A stretch of 64,000 nt of DNA from contig OZ287748.1 of NCBI GenBank assembly GCA_965649765.1, forward strand, positions 76,508,001 to 76,572,000, in the 5' to 3' direction. The position numbers and the translations under genes are program-made. This stretch comes from Bispira polyomma. Lineage: Eukaryota. Positions 50,827-62,800 of the stretch are shown one piece after another. The notes under the pieces were generated by a model that saw only the letters and a program-made list of their open reading frames with translations, had not been told where the DNA came from and searched no databases. Numbering within the stretch: the first letter of the stretch is position 1; each line of letters starts with the position of its first letter.

Positions 50827-53800
50827 TTATAAGACAGACTCTTTATGGTTTTTCCTTGTTTTTTTGTCACTAGTTTTGTCTGTGGAGCACATCTTCAGAC
50901 ATCTATGTAAAACATATAAAAGAAATCTTGGACAATAGGTCCCTTAAATGTTATAAAATTATGTCTTTCAATTGATTCTGTGTAAATATTAGCAAGAATA
51001 ATACGCGTAAATACCTGGTAAAAGCACTGGGTTGTTGTGCTAGACGTCTGCCATCCTCCATAGTTTGGGGAAGAGAAATGCCCTTAGTTTCTGGTAAGGT
51101 GAGCACTAAAACACTAGCCACCAGAGTCATAGTACCAAATATTATGAAAGGGGCTCCCGGATAATAAACACTCTGAAACCAAAGAGATGCAAGGCTATCA
51201 CAGCTGATTTGAATTAGAGTACAACATCCCACTAAGCAAGTGCTTATGTAGTATAAGGTACTATTACTGCATGTCTTTTTTGTAGTCATTCACAAGAAAG
51301 ACGTGCTTAAATATTTTTGTAAATTCTATAAAATTTATAAAATAGTATTTTTGGCCTGCTCCTAATGAATTACTGTATTGGCTTCAATGAATGGTGTACT
51401 GAAATAATAAGATAATGAAATTCAGACAATAATGATTACACGTGTAATGTTATGCAATAATTAGCATCTAATGGCAGTAATCAAAATGTTAAGAAGTACA
51501 TCCACTTGTGAGCAAGGAAAAATAATTTAAACATTTATACTTGGGTGGGTTAAAGCAATCCTGGGTAGTTGGCAAAGCTTTTCTTCACTACAAGTTATTG
51601 GGAAAATCTACAGCAAGTCTACAGACAACATGCATAATCGGGCCGAGAATCAAACTCTGTTTATAGTGGTGGGAGATGGGTGCATTAATCCTAAGCCACA
51701 AAGGCCCCAGATTGACCCCAAGAACAGCATGTTGATACTACACCTACCAAATCTGCTGCAAATGGAGCCAGTGCTGAACCAACCCTGGCTGATGCACTAC
51801 AAATCCCCAGGGTAACACCTCTGATGGAAGTAGGATAAAGCTCTGATGTGTAAATATAGAGCATCCCAAAAGTACAGGTCACTGCAAACTTCCCAACTGA
51901 GACTAGGGTCACACTCACCGCATATAGCCCTGCATGTAAAAGTCAACACAACCGGATGAACAAAATGGTGCACTTAAAGAAACCTTCAATAAAGCTAGAT
52001 TTAACATAACACAATTGATTTAATTATATCACAATGGGCAGTTTACCAGTGGCGGAAACCAGTACAAATTAGTTTGTCAAGATTTTTATACTGTAAAGCA
52101 CTTGCCTTCAGCAAGTGTGCTACTAACTGTCCCACATACATGCCAATGTTTTTGTCAAAGACAATTAGCCTACGCTTCCTTTCAACATGTTTTTCTTGGC
52201 TGATGTCGACCGACATGGGCGGATTTTTTCGCTCACTACCAAGTGCTTCCTTTCAACAAATTTTCCTCAGATCAGATCAGATGTCGGCCGACATCTGTTA
52301 CATTAACATATTTTATCAATCAGGGACCAAAAAAATCCGGAGGACTGTCCGATTTTACAAGAAAACTAATACAAATACACTATACATAGGTATAAGTTTC
52401 CTCCGACATATACTCAATATTCTCCAAATGTTGCAGTGGAAAATGGCATGAGAAAACTTGTTTAATTATAATTACTGTGCTTTTTTCCCGACCAAAATCT
52501 GTTAATATAATAATAATATATCAGACTTTTTAGCGCTTATTTTCGTTGTAACAATTTCTAAGGCACAAAAAACCACAGCCAGAGTCGAAAAACATAGGTG
52601 ATAGACAGAAGGAAGTCTTCATCAATGCGTCCACCGAGAATGGAAAAGAGACTATGGAGGGAATGCATCATTGAACTGAATATATGTGCGTATGTAAATA
52701 GCAATATAGGTCAGTACATATGGGAATGAATTCTTAGCCCTGGCAAAACTAGGTACTAGGCTAGTGGTATATTTAGAGCTATACATGGGTCAATGTTTAT
52801 TCAGAGTGAAATAGTGAATCAACACCAAACTAGTGAACTGTCTGGTGTATATGCCTTGAGCTTATTACAACGTGAACGTTTACACTTTTCCCGCAAAAAT
52901 TGGCTGTCTATATAAACCCCAACATCTACACAATCTGGGAGTTAGTTTGCTGTGTGGCTTGTTGCGTTGAATCTTGGGAGACATATTGGAGGTCATGTTG
53001 AAAAACACGTGGGGAGAAATTTTAAACTACTGATTTTACACGTGAGCTCCAAACTGTGCTTTTCCGTCTGATTCAATGACAATGACTCGTAGTAAGAATA
53101 AAGTAACTGAAGACCAACCAGAAGAAGTACAAGCGGGTGGTGCTACTGGAGGTCTTGAGACGCAGCTAGACGCTGTTCTGAAGGGGTTGGCTGCCGTGAC
53201 CGCGAGGCTAGATGCACAGGACAAGAGGCTTAACGAACAAGAAGAAAAGCTCGTGTTGAAGGAAGTGTCGGGAGCCTTGCCGTCGGCCCAGAGTTCACCT
53301 AAGGCTGAAAGAAGTGAGCTACCATCCCTTGGACTACTGAAGACGGACTCCCGAATCCAAGCTGAAGTCGACAAGAGATTAAGAGCCTATCAACACACCT
53401 CTAGACTTGAGAACAAAGGTAATAGTTCAGACAAAGTTATTAAATCAGGACGATTCAGGGCTGGTTCACATGTTATAAAATGTACCATCGCATGGCCTCA
53501 AGACTTCTGTAGTTTACCTTCTGGTAGCACTAAGCAGCCTACCTATGATGACCTAAGTGCCCCTCAGCTCTTTCAAGGCTTATTGTTTTCAATATTGGAG
53601 GAAACTAACGTTCAACGTAAACAAAACATGCTCGTTTATTACACGAATTTAATGCAGGACGCCATAGAGCTGTCTCTTCCAACCGCTAAAAAAGCACATG
53701 CTATAGTTTTGACGGAGATAGAGAAGGGAAAGATCAGTTGGGATCAAGTAGAGCTAATTGATAAGGTTAGGGCTAGAGCCACACAAAGATTGGCTACCCC

Positions 53801-56800
53801 CCAGACTTATGCCACAAAACAATCTGGTGGTACCAATGATAGTAGTAAAACAGAAATCTGTAGGTTTTTTAACAAAAACATGTGCAAGTTTCAGGCGGAC
53901 CATGTTAAAGATGGTGTCATGTATAGTCATGCTTGTTCATTCTGCTTTAAAACAGTAGGAAGAAAGATTGAGCATAGGGCCATTAATTGCATGCGACAAA
54001 AGAAGGAAGGTAGTCACAGTGCAGGCAAGCCCGCGCAACAGGTTTAATATTGTCACTCGGCCTACTTCTCAAATAATGTCAAATAATGCATTTAACAGAA
54101 CCCAGGCCATTAATGGTGTAACAGTTTATAGTGAAGTACTAAATGTAAATGTTGACGACTATGATAAAGTCATATGTAGTGAAATGAACGCATGTGATAA
54201 AAATCAACTAAGCGTTAATAAAATAGAACAAAATAGTATAAGTAGAAAATGTAGTAAACGACAGTATGTGAAAGGTAAAGTAACCTATATCAATACTAAT
54301 GACCATACTATGTACAGTGCTGGCAGTAAATGTCATAATGTATTATGCAGCTGTTATACACAGCCACGTGGGATCAATAATATTGCTCACGTGGGGTGCA
54401 AACAGGGCGAATGTGGAATGTGTATGAATGTCGTTTGTAGCTGCTATGTGCAGCCTCGTGTGTGGGACAAATGCCACGTGGGGCACATGCAGGGCACATG
54501 TAAAAATTGCATGTATGACAAGAGCACAAATAACCATGAAATACTTAGGCCTAATAATAACGTTTTGAGGACTCAGTGCGTCTGTAGAAATACAGAGGTC
54601 TCATACATGCTGTATAGAGACTTAACTCATGAAAAACACGTGTAGTCAAGACAATTATGACAGCACAAACAAAAGCAATAACATAGTTCATACAAGTATT
54701 GATGTTTGCAAACATGATAACTCCAGCCAAAATGGCAATATTGAAACAGTAGTACATAATCACAATGAACACGCCACAGCTTCATTTATCTATGATAATG
54801 ATCAGGTTCACATTGTTTCTAACACGGGGGTTTTGGCCATGTGTCAAAATGAATATATAGGTCATACACGTGTTAATATGGGTAATAATGATAGCTCCAG
54901 CCAAAAGAGTAATATTGAAACAACAGTTGGAAATTACCAGGAACACGCTGGGGCTTCATTCACCTATAATACTGATCAAGTGCATATTGTTTCATATACT
55001 GGGGTTTTGTGTCAAAATAAATGTTCTGAGGAAACACAACAACAAAATTTCCTTATGACCAGTTTTAATGAAAGTGTTATAATGGGAAGTATACAACTTC
55101 CACAAACATGTAATAATACACGTAGCAACTATAATGCACTCGAGTATACTTCACTTACAGCTCAAACCACAACGGGAAGTATAAAACTTCCACAGGGATG
55201 TAAAAATACACCTAGCGATTACAATGCACTCGTGTATACTTCATTTACAGCTCAAACCACAATGTGCACAATGTCAGCACACGTTCACGTTCAGGGCCAC
55301 ACGGCCTACAACTCTAGTAGTATAAGTAACAAAGTTTTTAGTCAGGAAATAAGTTTATTGGTGTATACCAGTACTCATAGTAATGTTTTTTGTACAGAAA
55401 CAATTTTTAACACAACTGCTTTTAGTGATTGCACAGATCAACTTGATGGCAATGGTTTTAGTGGAATAAATATGTGTAATGATACAAGTGCATTATGCAC
55501 TTTAGGACAGGATTTTACGGGGAACATAAGGGACACATACAGTTATGATAATATATACTCGTACACAACACGTCCCTCTTCTGCTGAGCTGGAATTGCAA
55601 ACCAGTGATATTACAAAAAAGTCAATGGAAGTTGCCATTATTAGCAGCAACCTTACAGAAAATCTCAACATGGAACATGTAAATAATATACAGAAAAAGG
55701 ACACTGGTATTGGTTCCACTAGCAGTAATAGGGATGTTTCAGTGGTTTATGGTTTTAATTGGTTGCAAAAACCTCATCACATAACGTGTTCTGAATATAA
55801 CGTCCTACAGTATGACAATTTACAAGAGTGGGTTATCAAGGCTCATAATGCTGTTAAAAGTACAAATATACCAAACTATAAAGAGGCCAGATTGTTAGTC
55901 CCCTCACAATTAAAAATTCGGGAGTGGAGGGCGTTATTTAAAAATTATAAATATAACATAATTTGCGACTTTATCGCGTATGGCTTTCCACTTGACATGG
56001 ATTACAGCAGTTTTGTGTATAACACTCATATCACAAACCATAAATCTGCTTCCCTAGCAATAGAAGGGGTGGACACTTATTTTAGCACAGAAATCAAATA
56101 TGAAGCTATTGTGGGACCTTATAAGGAATATCCTTTTACAAAAACACACGTTTCACCTATTATGGCTCGACCAAAACCAGATGGCTCTACTCGAGTCATT
56201 ATTGATCTTTCCTGGCCACATGGGGCCTCTGTCAATGACAGTGTCACTAAGGATGTATATATGGTCATTGGTTACAAGTTAACTTACCCCACAGTTGATA
56301 ATATCGTAAAACGTATTATCCAGGTGGGCGACAATGCACTAATTTACAAGGTTGATCTAAAGCGCGCGTTCAGAAATATGCGTATTGACCCTTTAGATTA
56401 CCCTGTATTAGGTCTACATTGGAAAAATAAGCAGTATGTGGATATTGCCTTGCCCTTCGGATTTCGGACGGGATCCGGAATTTGCCAGCTAATTACCGAT
56501 AGTATTAGACACTTAATGAAAACACAGAATCACTGGCTCGTCAACTACATCGACGATTTCATTGGTGTAGAGGATCCTGCGCATGCGCAGGGCGCATACA
56601 ACGCTTTATTAACTTTATTAGAAAAACTTGGTCTTCCCATTAGTGCATCAAAACTTGAAAGTCCAAAGAACGAAGTTACATGTATGGGCATCAATATTAA
56701 TGTAACAGAAGGGAAATTAACTATTCCCCAGGAAAAAATTATGCAAGTAAAACAAATGTGTCAGCAATGGGCCTATAAAAGTACAGCTACTAAAAATCAG

Positions 56801-59800
56801 CTGCAGAAATTAACTGGTAAACTTTTATATATACACAGATGTGTGAAACCTGCGAGACTTTTTGTCAACCGTATCTTGCAAACCCTTAGGGCTGCTCCTG
56901 CAAAAGGCACCATTAATCTTACAACAGAATTTCATCGTGACATCAACTGGTTCAACAGTTTTCTAGATATATTTAATGGTTCAGTCGAAATACACAGGGA
57001 AAGTAGCCGTGTAACCGACAATATATTTGTGGATGCATCACTTTTTGCAGTCGGGGCTAAATTTAACCAGGAAGTTTACATGCTCAATATTCCTCAACAT
57101 TTTCATAACTATTTAACCATAGTGCATTTCGAAATGGCAAATATTGTCCTAGCACTAAGAAACTGGGCTTCCAGCCTTAGTAAGAGATGGGTTACCATCT
57201 GGTGTGACAACCTTGCAGTGGTTAACGTGCTTAATTTTCACAGAATTAAAGACCCATTTTTAATGGCATCTGCTAGAACTGTTTGGTTAATAATGGCCTC
57301 ATATGATATCAATATAACCTTTAAACATATAAAAGGAGAAGATAATACTTATGCAGACATTCTATCTAGATGGCCTAATTACAATATGAATACTAACAAT
57401 TCATATGTTAGAGTCTTATACCAATGTCAATGGTGTAAGCCGCAGGAAAAATGGTTGGAGCCAAATTGGCTCATATGATTCAAAATTAATTTTAGCCTTG
57501 AAGTAAAATAAAATGTCTTGTAAAAATTTAAATAGAATTTAAAAAAAAAAAAAAAAAATTTAAATTTAATAAAAAGAAAATTAATTTAAAAAATTTTCTT
57601 TCTTTTCTACTGGTTACTTCAAGGCTCCCATGTAACTGTTCATGTTCAAATTAGAATGTCAGTGCCTGCATAAGCATAATATTCACGTAACCGCCTGTCC
57701 TGTTGTCTGAACTATACAGTTCTCTAGACAACAGGCGGCAGTGATACAACATACTGCTCTCGTCTGTTGTCTATTGTAGAGAACCACCTCTTGGATGTGC
57801 TGGTATCCTCGGCTGACAGAAGGATTGCGTCTGCCCTGCGTCCCAGTACCTCCTCTGCCTATGCTGCTAGGTTTCGACAGTTTGTTGCCTTCCTGGTAGC
57901 GCTGAACATTGACACTCCACACCATGAACTTGCAATACTTTCCTACATGGAATTTTTATGTAGAAATGGTCTTAGAGCCTCTTCCTTGAACAATGTTTTA
58001 GCAGTTTTAAATCACTACTTCAGCTTATATCAGTGGCCTAATGGGGGGCTTAAGACTAAAAAAGTGCAGCTACTTGTGAGATCAGTCAGAGCTAATGCTC
58101 CATTGTTAATGAAAATTAAAGGCGTTATCTCAGTTGAGATGTTAAAAAGAATAGTCAACAAGGTCAAGACTCTTGAAAATGCTCCTGTATTTCATGCCTT
58201 ATTTATGGTAGCTTTCTTTGGTTTTTTCCGGTTGGCATCTCTGGTGTCTCCAGTAATGTCGTCATATAATAAGTCAAGGTTGCCAGTGGTAGCTGACGTG
58301 ATCTTTGGTTTCCCAGGTTTGCATTTAATTAGTAAGCATGCCAAGAACATGCAGCGATCAGGTGCTTATCATGTGGTCCAACTTCCTGAGCTCCCGGGCT
58401 CTGAACTTTGCCCAGTTATGGCTATAAGAAATATGTTTAAGTTTTTAAAAATCGCAAAGAGTCAACCTTTGTTTCAGATATTTGTTAACAAGAAACTTGT
58501 GATCCTATCAGCTACAAAAGTCAGAAAGGTTTTCAAAACTTTTATTGTAGATTTAGGCTTACAGCCCTCAGAATTCGGCTTTCATGCTTTTAGGCGCAGT
58601 GGCGCCTCCCTTGCTTTTAACAATAGTATGCCCCTTGATAAGCTTCAAGTACATGGTAATTGGAGGAGTGATGCCATTTGGGCATACCTCAACTCCACTC
58701 CCAAGGCAGCAAGTGCTGTCCCACAAGCATTTAAACAAATCCTACTACAACATTAAAACTTTTTGGGGTTTGGCACTTTTAAAAACTAAACAAATATCTC
58801 AAGGCAACCCCACAGAGGGATACAAAATGCATTAATTGAATATTTGTAAGGTTAAATATTTTAAGGTGTAGATAAGTCTAGGTACACTTCATAGTAAGTT
58901 TCCTGAAATAAGATACTCACCTTAATTTAGTTTGGGCTTCTTAAGCTTAGGTTCAGCTTACCTACTAATTAACGGGGTAGAAGCATAGCTCACCTCCAGG
59001 TCAGGTTGCAGATAGCTAACCGTAAGCACAGGTTATGGTAGTCGTAATTAATACAGACTCAAGATAAGGTAACCTTAAGTTGACCTTTACTGTTGTGTAA
59101 ATAGTGTGTTAACTAATTTTGTTATAGTAGTACTAACGTTGATGTAATTGTTAGTGTCTTCCCAAATAGTGTTTTAAATAAAGTTGTTGATTGAAATTAT
59201 GTGTTTTGCATATGTCTTTGCAATCCATACTACTTGATCTTATGGACTGAGATAGGTCTTTAAACTGCGCCGGAAGGAATACAGGGACGGAGCTGTCCTG
59301 ATGTGTTGAGGCAAACTATTCCATAGGGTAGGGGCATCACTTGCAAAACATTTATCAAAGTGAACCTTTGACTTATGTACTTTGGATTTATATTTTTGGA
59401 ACAAGAAGGAAAAAAACGTTAAAGATGTTAAAAAGACGTTAAAAAACGGCTGAGATATTAAAGTTTATAGAGGGGTACCCCATTAAACTTGCCATACTAC
59501 TGTGAATGAGCAATTATGACGCCAGTTTTGTAGCTACGTCACAACTTAAAAACCAGGTACTAAACATGGGTACTTTTACTTCACTGTAAATATCTGAGCC
59601 GTTTCTCAATGGATTTTGGTGGAAACAAAGCACAGTAATCACAATAAAATAAGCTTTCTAATGTGATTTTTAACGTCAACATCCCACGAATTTCCAGTAT
59701 ACACTGGATAAAAGAAAGCACAAAATCGGCCAACGTCAGATTAGATCGGACACCCACAAATCGGCCGACGTCGGAATGTGCTGAAAGGAAGCGTAGGCTT

Positions 59801-62800
59801 ATACATTAAAACTAAACAAAATGGCCAACAAAGCTTGGCATTGGTGCACAAATCGGCCGACGTCGGAATGTGCTGAAAGGAAGCGTAGGCTTATACATTA
59901 AAACTAAACAAAATGGCCAACAAAGCTTGGCATTGGTGCATAACATCTGCATGTTCTAAGAAGAAACTGCTTGTAGAGTGGTATGTTTTACCTGAGTTTG
60001 GTGACAACTGCCTAGCTAAACTGCTAGGTATACATTAACTGCAAATTCGGTAAAACTATACTATGGTAACAATAAATATTAGTGGATTGATGATTGTTAT
60101 GCTAAATAGTTTTGAAGAGTACCATACTACAAAACTATTTCTTTTATTGTCCACTTGTAGAAGTTGCAGGTATAGCATTTTTCATTCTACGAATTTTAAG
60201 TTGCCTATAACATTTGTATCAAAGTATGCTACTTAAAACAATTAAATGCAGTTTAGTCAGATCATCTGCAATGGGACCAAACAATACTCCTTTCAGAGAG
60301 TTAAGTTTCCATAAGATTATAAATGTACATTTCTTTGTTAAGTTTATCTGACATTATTACCTGCTGGAACCCAAACAATAACAAAGAGTGAGGTGCCAGC
60401 TAAAATCGTCATTAATGTCAAAGGCAACCGCCTTCCAAAGTGGACAAAAGTCACATGACCCCAAAGATAACCAGGAACTTCCACAGTACCTGAAAAAGCA
60501 AACATATACTTTAAAAAGGTGCACAACAATGTAATACATTTACAAGACGAAGCTTGACTGATGGTGCAGGTAAGACAATAACATTTATGAGAATCATACT
60601 TTCCACAATCATACTACAGAAGCATTTGTATAATAATGCTAAACAATATCCTTATGTCTTGGTCACACCTTTCTGTTCCAGAGCTACGTTTGTGTCACAT
60701 TTTGATAAGTTTTGAAAGCTAGTATAAACGTTGTAGAAGGTAATGGTAAAGTGAGGATCTGTGGTGTGTTCGTTCTGGGACGTTGCTTAACGGATGATAT
60801 CGTTCTGGAAACGTCTCCGTTTAGTCTCCTGTCACGACTGTTTCAAAATGTTTGAAACAATCGTGATAAAGCTCCCGATTTTCCACGTTTCTTTGTTCGT
60901 CCCGGACGTTTTCAAAAGTAGCATAGACGTATCAGTAAGTAGCTCTACATAGTAGTAGGTAGCGAGGAAGTCCCAGTAAATAGTGATATTGTCTCCACGC
61001 GTTGTATTCGTCGTGAAACGTTTGACTAAGCATTATTACGCACCAGAACGCAGTCGTAAGTAGCAGCACAGTAGCGCTACGTAGTAGTAGGTAGTGATAT
61101 CCTACCAGTAAAGGGTTCGTTTTGTATGTGTATAAGTACAAACAAGGTCACAAAACATCACAAAACGTCACAATTGACTACCCCTTTATAAAAATGACGT
61201 CACTTTGACATATATGCTTAGATATGTTGAGGGACTTTAGCACATGTAGGTGTGACCAGGCCAAAATAAATGAATAGGGGCATAGTAAATATTTCATTTA
61301 TTCTTACCAGTGTAAGTGTATCTATATTAATTACCTGTGACAATTAGGTTGGAAAAATGTATTGCTGGGGAATAGTGAAGATTTAAGATTGATTGTGGTC
61401 CCCGTGGTCTAGTGGTTAGGGTGTTGGTCTGATGATCAGAAGGTCCCCGGTTCAAGTCCTGGTACCGGCCGCTAGTTTCATTTGATGGGATAACATCTTT
61501 AGGCAAGATGTGAACACAAGTTTGCCTAGTGGCTCGGATGACCACTTAAAATGGCGGTCCTCTGTCACTGAGTAATATCTCTAGTGGCATATTAAAGATC
61601 CTCAAGCACCTCGGCGCCCATAGTGGCTGCCCATGAGGAAGCGCATTTGAAAGGACGCTGTGTTCTATAAGTGCGCTATAAGAAATGTACTATTTCATTT
61701 TTCATTTCAGATGATTTCTTAAATTAAATGGCCAATCAATAGAGCTAATGTTGGATATAAAAGTGATCGGATATAAAATTTTTTGTATTGATCTAACATC
61801 CATAGTCTGATCAATGTTATTTTAGTTAAACTGTGACATTAGTTATTATTTACCAAATACTAACCTGATATGAAAACATTTAGGTAATCATTCCCTCCCA
61901 GTGTGTTAGGGTTAACTGATAAGCCATAATATACACCAGCAATTGTACACCTAAATATAATGTAAGTATGCTAAAAGTCTATTTAATAAATTAGTTCTGT
62001 TTTATGGACATATTATCCTTACAAACTAAATGAACATAAATCATAGCTACAGGTATTATGGAAATATTGTAAACACCTGCCAGGTGTCTAAAGCATTTAG
62101 TTGGAAATGATATTATTGAAGAAATAGATATCATGTGAAAAGTCTTTACCAAAGGAAACATTGGACCAGGGTGATCTTCCAAAAATTAGGACTTCTGAAA
62201 ATAGAACTTATCTTTGTGTCACCTTCCATTTTTTCCTGTAAAGTAAGAAAGTATCCGCATTAATTGCAAGTAACGCTTGTAACACACTGTCTGATCACCT
62301 ATAGTATGATAACTTACCTCTCAAAAAAAGTTAAAAGACTTGTTTACCTCAATATATTGGGGATTGCAAAAATTAACAAAACTTGGTTGTAAACTTGACT
62401 CATAACCTTTGTGGAGCCTGTATATTTCCTCTAATTTTATCAGTGCCAAGATATGTACAAGGTTGGGTAATTAAGTTATATTATTTTAGTTTTTGTGCTG
62501 TAAATGTGTGACTATTGCGCAGAACCTGTTCTTTAATTTCGAAAACTATGTCAAACCCTTCTTCTTCAATAAACATATGCCTGTTGGACTGAGCCATATG
62601 CTTAATAAGTGATGTGGCCTCAGTTTGCCTTTTATTGATCATCAGCCATCTGGGTGATTCTGGAATTACCCTAAATCAAAAATATAATGCAGGTATAAGT
62701 TATTATGTATAGCAGTAGTAAATATAACATGAATCAATAAGGGAGAGATATGTAAATACATTTTGTACATTACATTATCAGGGTAATGATTGACCTATGC

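Larger units (their letters stand above)
52676..59248 (+). mobile_element. Ngaro-like (DIRS order) tyrosine-recombinase retrotransposon
   Basis: Order gag - RT/RNaseH - YR, no methyltransferase domain seen. Ends defined to within a few bp by the L2 reading frame it interrupts. Confidence 0.92.
52168..59798. mobile_element. PIF/Harbinger-type non-autonomous DNA transposon (~0.7 kb of own sequence) carrying nested insertions
   Basis: 17-bp perfect TIR GCCTACGCTTCCTTTCA; TTA on both sides (52165-67, 59799-801); absent from the paralogous intron (31017-31838); internal inverted repeat 52446-52503 versus ~59608-59665. Confidence 0.85.

Noticed and set aside
52074-52451. 125-aa ORF as a transposase
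   Set aside because: Spans the host/TE junction and has no DDE or Myb-like motif.
53036-53374. 112-aa antisense ORF
   Set aside because: Shadow of gag; no motif or independent support.
57767-58756. Bacterial or phage integrase (contamination or HGT)
   Set aside because: It follows gag and RT/RNaseH in DIRS-order arrangement inside a spliceosomal intron.
59296-59320. Hammerhead ribozyme core (CTGATG...AAAC)
   Set aside because: Lacks CUGAUGA and GAAA, and is explained as antisense L2 coding sequence.
61397-61470. tRNA gene
   Set aside because: A and B boxes are present but the stems are poor, it continues into a SINE body and tail, and it is absent from the paralogous intron.
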